In this document: in pieces, positions 46,485 through 59,080 of the stretch | Numbering within the stretch: position 1 is the stretch's first letter | Layout: every line of letters starts with the position of its first letter | Assembly (NCBI GenBank): GCA_030390025.1 | Contig: CM059431.1 | Coordinates: 154,382,001 to 154,442,000, forward strand | Source: Squalus acanthias | Taxonomy: Eukaryota | DNA length: 60,000 bases | Direction of reading: 5' to 3' | Position numbers and translations under genes: made by a program | Notes under the pieces: generated by a model | Seen by the model: the letters and a program-made list of their open reading frames with translations, nothing else | Databases searched by the model: none | Told to the model about the DNA's origin: nothing

Positions 46485-48630
46485 CATATCCTAGGGTAGT
46501 CTGAACTTATCAAGGCCCAATGGCCCTGGGTTCTCTGATCTTCGACAGCTTCATATTCAAGGATATTCAGGCTCTCTCATTATCCGAATAGACCAGGATA
46601 CACTGACGGTCTACAGGCTCAATAGCCCAGGATATTCTGGCCCTCTATTGGACTATAGCACAGGTTAATATGACGCTCTGCAAAGCCTGGTAGCCTTGGT
46701 CACTTTTACACTCTGCATAGCCCAAAACCTGAGAGTACTCTGACTATCTTTACAAACCTGGGTAATCTGAATCATTACACGCACAATTACACAGTTACTC
46801 GAACATTCAATACTTGAGGGTACTCTGACCCTCTAAACGCCCAACAGCCCAGGATACACAGAACCACTGTATAGCCCAGGGAACACATACCTTCTGCAAG
46901 CCCTAAATACCAAGGTATGCTGTCCATCCCCAGGCCCAATACCCAGGGTAATCTGACTCTCTTTATGGCCCGTGGTAATCTGGTCCTCGACAGGCCCAAT
47001 AAACATGTGTATCTGACCCTCTGTGTAGCCCGGGTTATTCTGTCCCTCTGCATAACCCAGGGTAATCTGACACTCTGCCTGCCCAATAGTCCATGTTCTC
47101 TGAACCTCCAAAGAGGTAATAGGACTGAATACTCTGAAACTCTGTATATCCCAGCGTACTCAGGCCGTCAGCAGGCAATATATGCGAGGATACAGTGACG
47201 CTTGATCGGCCCAATTCCGCGCAGTACTCTGAGGCTCACCTGCTCAATTGCCCAGTTTACGCTGACATTCCACATGCTCAATATCTAAGGGTACTCTGGC
47301 CCTGTACCTATCCACTAGCCCATAATATCCTGACACTCTCCAGGCTACACTGTGCCTCTAACGTTCCATTAGTCCAGAGTAATCTGACAGTCTGTATATG
47401 AGAGGGTAGTCTGACACTATGTCGGCACAAAATTACGGGGTACATGCACACTCTTCGGGCTCAATATCCCAAGGCAATCTGTCCGATGACAGCCAATGGC
47501 ACTCACAACCTACACAGGTCCAATAACACAAGGGCAATTTTCCCCTCTGCATAGTAGAGCGTACAATCCGCCTCTACAGGCCAAATAGTCTGAGGGTATT
47601 CTGACGCTCTGCACGCACAATAGCTCAGGCTATACTAGCCCGCTGCATACCCAATATCTCGTTACTCTAACCTTTTGCATTGCCCAGTGTCCTCTGACCA
47701 TCTACCGGCCCAATTTTGTCACTGTCTCTGACAAACTCCGAGGCCAGTAGCCCAGAGACATTGACCTTCTCCATTGTCAAGGCTACTCAAACACTCTACA
47801 GGCCCAATAGCCCAGTGTTTCCAACGACATATATAGCCGATTTTAATCTGTCCAACTACAGTCTCAATAACCCAGGGTACACTGACACTCTGCAGACCAA
47901 AACGCCCAGGAGAATCTGAAAGCAGGCCCAATAGCCCAGGGTAAATTGTACCTCTACATACCCCGGTAAACTCTGGTGCTTTAAGACCCAATAACCCTGG
48001 GTACGCTGACAGACCTAATAGTCCAGAGTACTCTACCGCTCTATCGGCGATATATCCTAGCATATGCTGTCCACGTACATGCCGAATAGCCTGGCGTGTG
48101 CTGACCCGCTACAGGCCCATTTACTCAGGGAACACTGATCCTCTACATAGCCCAGAGTAATCTGACCCTACAAAGACCAGGACACTCAAAACATCTACAT
48201 ACACAATAGCCCGTAGACCAGCGTACTCTAGCCCTCTACAGGCACAATTAATCAGTGTACTGTGGTAATTTGCATATGCCAAGTTAACTGAATTCTCTAA
48301 ATAGCCCGTATTCGCTGTCACTCTAAAGACCCTAAATAGCTCATGATATTCTGACCCTCATGTTCCAATAGTGCAGGTTACTCTGAACCTATGCATAGCC
48401 CATGACAATCTGACCATCTCCAGGCCAAATAGCCCACGGTACGCTAAACCTCTTTACAACCAATGGTACTCTGAACATCGACAGGCCCAGTAGCTCAGGG
48501 TACTTTGAGCCTCTGCAGTCCGAGTAGCCCAGGGTACTCTCTCGCTCTGTGCATCCCCAGTTACTTTGACCTTCCGCAGGACCAATATTGCAGAACGTCT
48601 GATTCTCCAAGTAGCCTAGGGTACTTTGAC
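46485..48630. repeat. Highly diverged minisatellite with mixed ~34 and ~27 bp units
   Basis: Approximate consensus CTCTACA(GGCCCAA)TAGCCCAGGGTACTCTGACC. Confidence 0.85.
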
Positions 48631-48637
48631 TCGTTGA

Positions 48638-49595
48638 TAGAACATAAGAACATAAGAAATAGGAGCAGCAGTAGACCAATCTTCCCCTCGAGCCTGCTCC
48701 GCCATTCAATGAGATCATGGCTGATCTGATCCAACCTCAACTCTAAAGAACACAAAAAGTAGGAGCAGGACCAGGCCACTCGGCCCCTGGGCCCGCTCCG
48801 CCAGCCACAGGGCCTTGACCGATCCGAACTCAAACTCATGTCCAATTTCCAGCCCGCTTCCCGTAACCCCTCATACCCTTTACTTCTAGGAAACGGTCTA
48901 TTTCTGTTTTAAATTTATTTAATCAAGTAGCTTCCACAGTTTCCTGGGATAGCAAATTCCACAGACCCACTACCCTCTTAGTGAAAAAGTTTCTCCTCAT
49001 CTCAGTTTGGATAGAGCAGCCCCTTATTCTAAGATTATGTCCCCTAGTTCTAGATTCACCCATCATTTGGAACATCCTCACCACGTCCACCCGATCAAGC
49101 CCCTTCACAATCTTATATGTTTCAATAAGATCGCCTCTCATTCTTCTGAACTCCGATGAGTAGAGTCCCAATCTACTCAACCTCTCCTCGTATGTCCACC
49201 CCGTCATCCCCGGAATTAACCGAGTGAACCTTCTTTGTACTGCCTCGAGAGCAAGTATGTCTTTTCTTAAGTATGGACACCAAAACTGTATGCAGTACTC
49301 CAGGTGCGATGTCACCAATACCCTATACAACTGCAGCAATACCTCCCTCTTTTTATATTCTAGCCCCCTAGCAATAAAAGCCAACATTCCATTGGCTTTC
49401 TTGATCACCTGCTGCACCTGCACACTAACTTTTTGATTTTCTTGCACCAAGACCACCAGATCCCTTTGTACTGCAGTACTTTCCAGTTTCTCGCCATTAA
49501 GATAATAACTTGCTCTCTGATTTTTCCTGCCAAAGTGCATAACCTCACATTTTCCAATATTGTATTGCATCTGTCAAATCTCTGCCCACTCACCC
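48638..49595 (-). mobile_element. 5'-truncated CR1, same subfamily as E2/E3
   Basis: ORF 48923-49570 closely matches the E2 ORF2 C-terminus. Doubled 3' end and TTCTTATG tail. Confidence 0.93.
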
Positions 49596-49599
49596 AGTT

Positions 49600-51475
49600 C
49601 TACCACCATGAGCGTACCGGTGATCACCAGTAAAACCAGCTCTGAGAATTCACTGCCAAACTTCTTGCAGTTACCGTAATTCCAGTAGCCAAGCCCCTCG
49701 AAATGATTAATTGAATAAGACACAATGCGCAGCCTAAGCATCACACATCCTCATTAAAACCCCAATGGACAACCTGGAGATAGATCAAAACTGTAATAAC
49801 CACATACTTCAAATCGCATGTGAATAATGTTAACTGACACATACGAACTTAACAGTATGAATTTCCCTACGATCACGGCCCAGGTTTTCCGCCCATTCAC
49901 CATCAAAACGGCCGATAAATTCCAATTGGATTGAGCCATTGCCGGTGGTGCGGATTTAAACAATTTCTGCTGAACGTATCAAATTATTTTCTTCTATTGT
50001 ACTTCTTGCGAAGTCCCGCCCCTACTTTGCTCCAATGCTCAGGGACATTAACAAACCCGGCCTCTCCCGAGGCCACATCCTCTCACCTCATTAATGCGAT
50101 AATATCCCATTTCTTAAAGTAAACCTAGACTAATCTATGATGTTTATCTGCTCCTATTCTCCAATACCTCCTCACTTATGTAACAGAAATGTAATGAAAC
50201 ATAGTACTGTGAATAAAGTTTGTGAGTTCAATGAACAGTTTCTCTGAGGGTATGACATAATGATGTAATCAACGTGGCTTATATAAGGGCAGGATTGGGA
50301 AATGAAGTGCCCTGTTACCAGAAGATCATGGTAACTTAAGTTTTATGCAAATAGGGAGCGGTCACTAATAACAGATTCATTTGCCGCATTGGAACTCAGG
50401 ACTGATATAAGGAATGATTCAAAATAGATATCTATAAGTTTGGGGTAACACAATAATAATGGAACACCTTGTCTATAAGGCGTTCGTTGTCTTACACCAA
50501 ATAGTGGAAAAGGGATAGAAGAAGAGTTATATAGACACATTGGAGAAAATGCAGCAATAACAGTAACGGTGATTGGTGACTTTAAATATCCCAAGAACAG
50601 AAGTAACATAAGTGAGGAAGGGAGGCCAGGGGTCTGAAGCTTTGCCAGGACATTATTCAGATAGGTAACATTTTAGTACAACAAGAAAAGATTGAGCATT
50701 TCATCCGTTTCTAAAAATTGACAGCGGCTACTCAGTGAGGTAAGTCAAGTGAAACATTCACCAATTATATAGTTAGTATTCATATGAATTAGAACATGTT
50801 TCGTTAAATTCAAAACATTAAATATGTTAAAGGAATGTATCTAATTTCAACGCGGCTACCATATTAGCTCAGTTATATTGAGGCTGATATGATCAGATAA
50901 TATCGTGGTGAGGCAATAGAAAGATAGCCAGTAGAAGTTTAGCATACAAGATAAACAAATCACACGTGAATGAAAGGAGTGCAGCACAAACTAGAATTAC
51001 TTGGGCGCGCATAGAAAATGAAATAAAGAACAGATATTACAATTGAATGGAGGAGTGTAGGGCTAGTTATATAAAACAAATGAAGGACGCCTTGGTAATA
51101 TAGTGAATATATAATGGGTGAATGAGTGGCCGGTGACAGAGTTCAGATAATGATCACATTCCGTATAAACTTCAAAGAAAATAGTTACACAAATAACAGA
51201 GCTGCTTAGAGATGAAAAGGGAATGGTTCATATAGATGCCGAGGGATTCACTGAAAAGCTACTGGTACTGTTTCGATGAATGAAAGTGATACTTGGAATG
51301 AGTGAAAAACTCATTGAAGTCAATTGATAAGAAATCAGACGCGAGTTAAACGGGCCGCCGATTCGCTTCAGAGCGTTTGACCCAGTTGGCCAACACTGGC
51401 CAACACCTTGTGACCCATTGTTTATGGTTGTCAACTGGTGCAATCTGAGTTTCTAAAAACCAAGCTGTGAGCTTT
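49600..51475 (+). repeat. Segmental duplicon Y', paralog of about 16985-18722
   Basis: See 16985-18722. Lacks the 99-bp hammerhead insert and has extra sequence near 51000-51150. Confidence 0.88.
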
Positions 51476-52224
51476 CAAAACGATTATTGTTCTTAACAAC
51501 GAATAATTATTGATTTTGATCGTATCCTATACCTGTAATCTTAAGTTTGTTTGGTTTTATTTGGCACATTAGCTTTTCAATCAATCAATTGCTGGTTATA
51601 ATGAAAGAAAGTCCAGTCGCCCTGGGTGTCTCAAAGCTGCTACTTTCTAACTCTGTAACATCTTCCAATCCTACAAACTGTCCAAATCCAGGCCCTGGTC
51701 CAGTTCTGGCTACTTGTGCATCCCCCATTTACATCGCTGCACCTTTGATGTCCTTGCCTTCAGCGCTTCAGACCCTAAGCACTGGAATACCCTCCCGAAA
51801 CCAGTATGAATCTCTCACTCTCTCTTCTCTAAGATTCTGATTAAATCTACTCTGTCACCAAGCTTTGGTCACCTGTCCTAATATCTTCCTCTGATGCTTG
51901 GTGTTACATTTTTTCTGACAACACTCTCTTTGCAACGCATTGGGACGTTTTACTACGCTAGTTCTTGTTCTTTCTATTTAATTCTCATTGCAGGCTCGCC
52001 TCCTTTCTGACTAATGGCGTATCTTCCTTTTATTCCCTTATGAGATCTGGGCGTCGCTGTCAAGGACAGCATTTATTGCTCATCCCTTAATTGTTTTCTG
52101 CATTAACTCCAGATTCTGATGGTTTCATCTCTCTCCCAAGGAAAGCTAGAAATAGAAAAGACGTTTCTTATCCGAGTTTGAACATTACTTCTCTATATAT
52201 GATTTCAATATACATTCTTGTTAG

Positions 52225-52423
52225 GAAATCAGATCCCTAGCTGAATGTCACTGCAGAAGCGGTGCATCCCAAATCATTTTCGATACCGTGCTGGAAAAGG
52301 GAGCTCGGCGAGAAAGAACAATGTGGAACATATTGCTTCAACTGCAGAACACCAAATCCAAAATGAAAATGACTTTGTCTGAGATACAGAATCGATGTGC
52401 AGAGGGAGAAAGTCATCTAGAAG
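52225..52423 (+). CDS. NLR gene 2 exon: C-terminal half of death-fold (CARD-like) domain, open frame
   Basis: ttgttAG and GTtagt, 199 nt, phase 0 to 1. EIRSLAECHCRSGASQIIFDTVLEKGARRERTMWNILLQLQNTKSKMKMTLSEIQNRCAEGESHLE resembles the shark NLR V.EKG.RA...MW motif. Not in the ORF track. Confidence 0.72.
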
Positions 52424-55096
52424 GTTAGTGGTAGCCAAATCTAATTTTCCGTTAGAATTACAACGTTTTATTTAAGATGAGCACTATCTTTTACTCGTTT
52501 ATGTGATGTGGGCTTCGCTGCCAAGGCCAGCATTTATAAGAACATAAGAAATAGGAGCAGGAGTATGCTAATCGGCCCCTCGAGCCTGCACCGCCATTCA
52601 ATAAGATCATGGCTGATCTGATCCTAACCTCAAATTTAAAGAACACAAGAAGTAGGAGCAGCATCCTGGCCACTCAGCCCCTGGGCCCGCTCCTCCACCC
52701 TCAGGGCCCTGACCGATCGGAACTCATCCTCATGACCAATTTCCTGCCCGCTCAACGTAACCCCTCATTACCTTTACCTCTAGGAATCTATCTATTTCTG
52801 TTTTAAATTTATTTAATGATGTAGCTTCCACAGCTTCCTGGGGCAGCAGATTCCACAGATCAACTACCCTCTGAGTGAAGAAGTTTCTCATCATCTCAGT
52901 TTTGAAAGAGCAGCCCCTTAGTCTAAGATTTTGCCCCCTAGTTCTAGTTTCATTCATCCTTGGGAACATCCTTACCGCATCCACCCGATCAAGCCCCTTC
53001 ACAATCTTATATGTTTCAATAAGTTCGACTCTCATTCTTCTGAACTCCAATGAGTAGAGTCCCAATCTACTCAACCTCTCCTCATATGTCCACCCCCTTG
53101 TCCCCGGGATTAACCAAGTGAACCTTCTTTGTACTGCCTCGAGAGCAAGTATGTATTTTCTTAACTATGGACACCAAAACTGCATGCAGTATTCCAGGTG
53201 CAGTCTCACCAATACCTTATATAACTGTTGCAATACCTCCCTGCTTTTATTATCTATCCCCCTAGCAATAAATGCCAACATTCCGTTGGCGTTCTTGATC
53301 ACCTGCTGCACCTGCATACTATTTTTTTTATTTTCTTGCACTAGGACCCCAGATCCCTTCGTACTGCAGTACTTTCCAGTTTCTCGCCATTAAGATAATA
53401 ACTTGTTCTCTGATTTTTCCTGCCAAACTGCATAACCTCACATTTTCAAATATTGTATTGCATCTGCCAAATCTCCGCCCACTCACCCAGCCTGTCTATA
53501 TCCCTTGTAGGTTTTTTATGTCCTCCTCACTTTCTACTTTCCCTCCCATCTTTGTATCATCTGCAAACTTTGATATGTTACACTCGGTCCCCTCCTCAAA
53601 TCGTTAATAAAGAGTTGGGGAATCAGCACCGACCCCTGCGCAACACCACTGGCTTCTGGTTGCCAGTCCGAGAATGAACCATTTATCCCAACTCTCTGCT
53701 TCCTGTTAGATAACCAATCCTCCACCCATTCCAGAATATTATCCCCAATACAGTGATTTTTTATCTTGAGCAATAATCTTTTATGTGGCACCTTGTCGAA
53801 TGCCTTCTGGAAGTCTAAATACACTACGTCCACTGGTTCCCCTTTATCCACCCTGTACGTTACGTCCTCAAAGAACACAAGCAAATTTGTCAGACATGAC
53901 TTCCCCTTCATAAAGCCATGCTGACTTTGTCCTAATAAATTATGTTTATCTAAATGTTCCGTTACTGTCTCCTTAATAATAAACTCCAAAATTTTACCCA
54001 CCGCAGATGTTAGGCTAACTGGTCTGTAATTTCCAGCCTTCTGCCTACTACCCTTTTTAAATAAGGGTGTTACATTAGCAGTTTTCCAATCTGCCGGGAC
54101 CTTTGCTGAGTCCAGGGAATTTTGGAAAATTATTACCAAAGCAGCCACAATCCCTACTGCCACTTCCCTCAAGACCCTAGGATGTAAGCGATCAGGTCCA
54201 GGTGATTTATCCGCCTTGAGTCCCATTATTTTACTGAGTACCAATTCCTTAGTGATTTTAATCGTATTTAGCTCCTCCCCCCCTAGAGCCCCCTGTTTGT
54301 CCAGTGTTGGGATATTCTTAATGTCCTCTACCGTAAAGACTGAAACAACATATTTGTTCAGCATTTTTGCCATCTCCATGTTTCCCACCATTAATTTCCC
54401 GGTCTCTTCCTCTAAGGGAACTACGTTTGCCTTAGCCACTCTTTTTCTTTTTATATAACTATAGCACTCTTGCTATCTGTTTTTATATTTATTGCTGATT
54501 TTTTTTCATAATCTATCTTCCCTTTCTTAATCAATCCTTTAGTTAAATTGTGCTGTCTATTCAAGACGTCACAATCTTCTATCCTCCAATTAAGTTTGGC
54601 TACCTTATTTGTCCTTGTTTTTAGTCGGATACTATCCTTATTTTTTTTTACTCAGCCACGGATGGCTGTCATTTCTTTTACACCCTTTTTTCCTCAGTGG
54701 AATATATTTCTTTTGAAAGTTGTGAAATAACTCCTTAAATGAAAACCACTGCTCATGTACCGTCTTACCCTTTAGTGTATTTTCCCAGACAACTTTAATC
54801 AATTCCGCACTCATACCATCATAGTCTCCTTTATTCAAGCGCAGTACGCTTGTTTGAGAACCAACCTTCTCACCCTGTAATTGGATATGGAATTCAAATA
54901 TGTTATGGTCACTCATTCCAAGGGGATTCTTAACTAGGACATTATTAATTAATCCTGACTCATTGCACAGGACCAGGTCCAAGTTTGCTTACCCCCTTCT
55001 ACGTTCAGTTACATACTGCTCAAGAAATGCATCCCTAATACACTCAATAAACTCTTCCTCAAGGCTGCCCTGCCCAATTTGATTTGTCCAGTTAAT

Positions 55097-55860
55097 CGCC
55101 CAGAAATTAGACTTTGATGGTTGACACGGGGGGTAAGGATCCGGCGCGATCTTACCTACCGCGCCTGCCTTTATGGTTCGGGCCCACACGAACTTCTGGT
55201 CCTGGGCCTCTCCCTGGTGCTGGCGCACAGTGTGTGCGTGTCCCAGAGGCGCAGTTAGTTCGATGCGACCTCTAGGATTCACGTGGGACATGGAGAGCCA
55301 ATGGCAGCACACCATCTTTCATTCATAGATTTGACAGGAGAACTGTCAAAACTATGAATACTAATTGCCCCCAAAAGAAAAGCTAAACCTCAATTAATTT
55401 TTTTTAAAAACATCACATTAACAAAATAAATATAGTTAAATAAATTAACCACTTTAAAGAAAAATTAAATACTTTGCAAAAAGTTAAATTCTTTTTAAAA
55501 GTTATAAAAATAAACTTACCTTTCTTTAATGTATCTAAAAAAGCTAAAACTGTTGAAAAAAATTAAAATAATACTTAATTAACTACTTACCTTGTTAAAA
55601 GGGGGTCTTGCGCCTCCTTTTTTCATGTGTAAAATCTTCCATACTTACCCTCGCGTTCAAACATGAAAAAAAACCTAAGTGTGCTGCGTGTGCACAGGCT
55701 GTAGTGCGCACACGGTTCACTTAGGAACCGCCCCCTTCGCAATATCGGAAGTGCAGGTTTCTCGCGCATGCGCAGTGCATGCAGGAAACCGGCACTTCGG
55801 GACCGAATACGGGTGAGTACACAGTGCGTACTCTCCCGTATTCGGCCGAATTTCTGGGCC
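55097..55860. mobile_element. MITE copy M6
   Basis: Ends CGCCCAGAAATT and AATTTCTGGGCC. TSD AAT/AAT. Removing it restores the CR1 GDFNYHINWTNQ coding sequence. Confidence 0.9.
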
Positions 55861-57629
55861 AATATGATAGTTAAAATCCCCCATAATTATAGCTGTTCCC
55901 TTATTACATGCCCCAACACTTTCCTGATTAATACTTCTTCCAGCAGAGTTGCAACTATTAGGATGCCTGTATACTACTGCCACGAGTGTGTTTTCCCCTT
56001 ATTATTCCTTATCTCCACCCAAACTGTTTCATTATCCTGATCCTTTGACCCAATATCATTTCTCTGTATTACACTGATTCGTTCCTTTATTAACATAGCC
56101 ACCCCACCTCCCCTTCCTTCCTGCCTGTCCTTCATGATTGTTAAATACACTGGCATATTTAGTTCCCAGTCGTTCTCACCTGCAGCCATGTTTCTGTAAT
56201 GGCCGCAAGATCATACCATACGTAGTTATTTGTGCCGTTAACACGTCCATTTTGTTACGAATGCTACGTGCGTTCAGATAAAGAACTTTCAAATATGTTT
56301 TGTGACACTTAGTTCCTGCTTTTTCCTTTTTTAACAATTTACCTTTTACTCCATACCTTCTGTCCCATCCTGACACACTTTCCTCTGTCTCCCTGCTCAG
56401 GTGCCCAACCCCCTGCCACTTTAGTTTATACCCTCCCCAACAGCACTAGCAAACACTCCCCCTAGGACAGCGTTCCCGGCCCTGCCCAGTTGCAGACCGT
56501 CCGGTTTGTACTGGTCCCACCTCCCTCAGAACCGGTTCCAATGTCCCAGGAATTTGAATCCCTCCCCCTTGCACCATTCCTCTAGCTACGTATTCATTTG
56601 AAATATCCTCCTATTTCTACTCTGACTAGCACGTGGAACTGATAGCAATCCTGAGATTACTACCTTTGAGGTCCTATTTTTTTAATTTACCTCCAAACTC
56701 CCTATATTCTGCTTTTAGGACCTCATCTCCTTTTTTAGCTATCTCGTTGGTGCTATATGCACCATGACAGCTGGCTGATCGCCCTCCCACTCCAAAATGT
56801 TCTGTAGCCGCTCTGAGACATGCTTGACCCTTGCACCAGGGAGGCAACACACCATCCTGGAGTCTCGTTTGCGGCCGCAGAAACGCCTATCTATTCCCCT
56901 TACAACTGAGTCCCCTATCACTTTAGCTTTTGCACACTTTTTCCTCCCAGCCTGTGCAGCAGAGCCACCCATGATGCCAGGAAGTTGGCTGCGGCTGCCT
57001 TCCCCTGATAAGTCATCCCCCCCAACATTATTCAAAGTGGTATATCTGTTTGAGAGGGGGATGTCCACAGGGGACCCCTGCACTACCTGCCTGCACCTCT
57101 TACTCTGCCTTGTGGTCAACCATTTATTTCCTGCCTGTACACCCTTTGCCTGCGGTGTGACCAACTCGCTAAACGTGCTATTCACGAGGTTCTCAGCATC
57201 GCGAATGCTCCAATATCTATCCGATCGCAGCTCCAGCGCCGTAATGCGGTCTGCCAGTAGCTGTAGCTGGATACACTTCCCGCACACATGGTTGCCAAGG
57301 ACACCGGAAGGGTCCCTGATACCCACATAGCAGAGGAGGAGCATACCACGGGGCCGAGCTCTCCTGCCATGACTTACCCTTTAATTAATTCAAATTAAAT
57401 TAAAAGATTTCAATCCCACCAATTGCACTACAGTTAAATGATATACTTAAGTGTCATGGTTTACCAACAGTCCCCGCTACACCACAGAGAGCTTAGAAAC
57501 TATAAACCACAGAGTTTAAGTTTAAAAAGAGAGAAATACTCAACAACCAATCACTTACCTGCTTTCTGGTGACGTCACACTTCGATTACTTTTTACTTCT
57601 CTCCCTCCGAGCTCGGAGATTGGTAAGCC

Positions 57630-57930
57630 TCCCTGGTCTCTTCGCCTCTTAAACCTCGCCGCCGCCGCCTGCCTGGTTCCTCGCAGTTCTGCCGCCGCTC
57701 TGATGCCTACCTGTTCTCTGCCGCCACTTAAACCTCGCCGCCGCCGCCGACTGGTTTTCCCGCAGGTCCGCCGCCGCTCTGAGGCCTGCCTGGTCTCTTC
57801 GCCTCTTAAACCTCGCCGCCGCCGCCGCCTGGTTCCCCGCAAGTCCGCCGCCGCTCTGAGACCTACCTGGTCTCTGCCGCCTCTTAAACGTCGATGCCGC
57901 CGCCGCCGCCTGGTTCCCCGCAGGTCCTCC
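57630..57930 (-). repeat. About four GC-rich 78-79 bp monomers at the 5' end of CR1 E3
   Basis: TTAAAC recurs at 57649, 57728, 57806, 57884, with (GCC)n tracts. Confidence 0.9.
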
Positions 57931-58851
57931 ACTACTGTTACCCATCCCTAGTTCACCTTGAAAAGGTGGTGCTTATCCGCTTTCCTGAAACGCTGCAGTT
58001 CATGTGGTCAAGGTTCTCCCACAATGCTGTTGGGGAGGCAGTGCCATGAGTTTGACAAAGCGACAATGAAGGAACTGCGATATACTTCCAAGAGTGGATG
58101 GTGTGTGTCTTGGAGGGGAACTTGGAAGTGCTGGTGTTCCCAGGCGCCTGATACTCTTGACCTTCTAGTTGGTAGAGGTCGCGGGTTTCGGAGGTACCGG
58201 CGGGAAGCCTTCACGCGTTGCCGCAGTGCATCTTGTCGATGTTCCACTCTGCAGCCACTGTGTGGCAGTGGGGAAGGGACTGGATGCTACTAATTTTTAC
58301 AGTCTTGTGTGAGTTTTATATTCGATTCCTTAAACGAAATTATAAATTTTAGCTTGGACAGAGCTCCACTACTCCTCTGCAAATTCACCTTTTGTTTTAC
58401 GGATCCGTGATGCCCTCATTAACTGAACTACTTTGATTCCTTAAACAAAATTGATCATTTGTGAAATGCTCCTACTCATCCTCAAATCTCTCGCCTACCT
58501 TATCTCTAAAGTCATCTTCACATCCCCCTTTTGCACTCCAGTCCCTCCTCTCCCTTGTTGTGCTCTCCAGTGTGCCAGTTCATCAGCTCTGCTCTCCAGA
58601 CATACATTCACACCGACTGGAACTCAGCTGCTACGAGCTTCCATCACTGTACTTCTTACTTATTTAAACAACGATCACACTTAGCCAGGCCTGGGTTGTT
58701 TCGCACAACTCCAGCAGAGCAGTCAGCGTTAATTCTGAATACCAGCTCTGTAAGATATTCTAAAGAACTTCTGTCGCGATAGCCGTTAGTTCAGAGTATT
58801 CACTTGTTTCAAAGCATTTATGTTAATCTGTTCTCATTTACACCTTCACAG

Positions 58852-59020
58852 AAAATGCAGATACTGAAATATCACGAACGTTGGCGAGCAACACGGATTT
58901 CCAGCTGCGCAGAGTTATCGTTTGCTACCGTCAGAGATAGAACAGTCAATTGAAGAGGTAGTGGAGGCCGTTTGTCAGTCGCTTGTAAATGCAAACGTGC
59001 TTACTGAAACAAATCATAAG
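58852..59020 (+). pseudogene. NLR gene 2 exon: broken paralog of exon 16252-16421
   Basis: Same splice sites, 169 vs 170 nt. AGATTGGAAC has become AGATAGAAC, giving TAG at 58938-58940 and a frameshift. Flanks 57936-59080 are paralogous to about 15270-16480. Confidence 0.85.
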
Positions 59021-59080
59021 GTATGTTTAATCTATGTTAGAATGGTATACTGTTAAATGAGTCAAACGATTGACTGTTTA

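Larger units (their letters stand above)
52538..57935 (-). mobile_element. Full-length degenerate CR1 LINE (E3) with nested MITE
   Basis: 5' 78-bp repeats. ORF1 from 57370 (56739-57344). ORF2 pieces 56176-56376, 54638-54982, 53534-54439, 52730-53074. Splits an RTE-X-like fragment at AGCATTTAT / TTACCCATCCCTA. Confidence 0.93.

Noticed and set aside
46787..48321. Several ORFs with repeated YPGLLG-like motifs
   Set aside because: Short, stop-interrupted translations of the minisatellite with no consistent frame.
57555..57951. Arg- or Ala-rich ORFs resembling protamine-like proteins
   Set aside because: Translation artefacts of the (GCC)n-rich 78-bp CR1 monomers.
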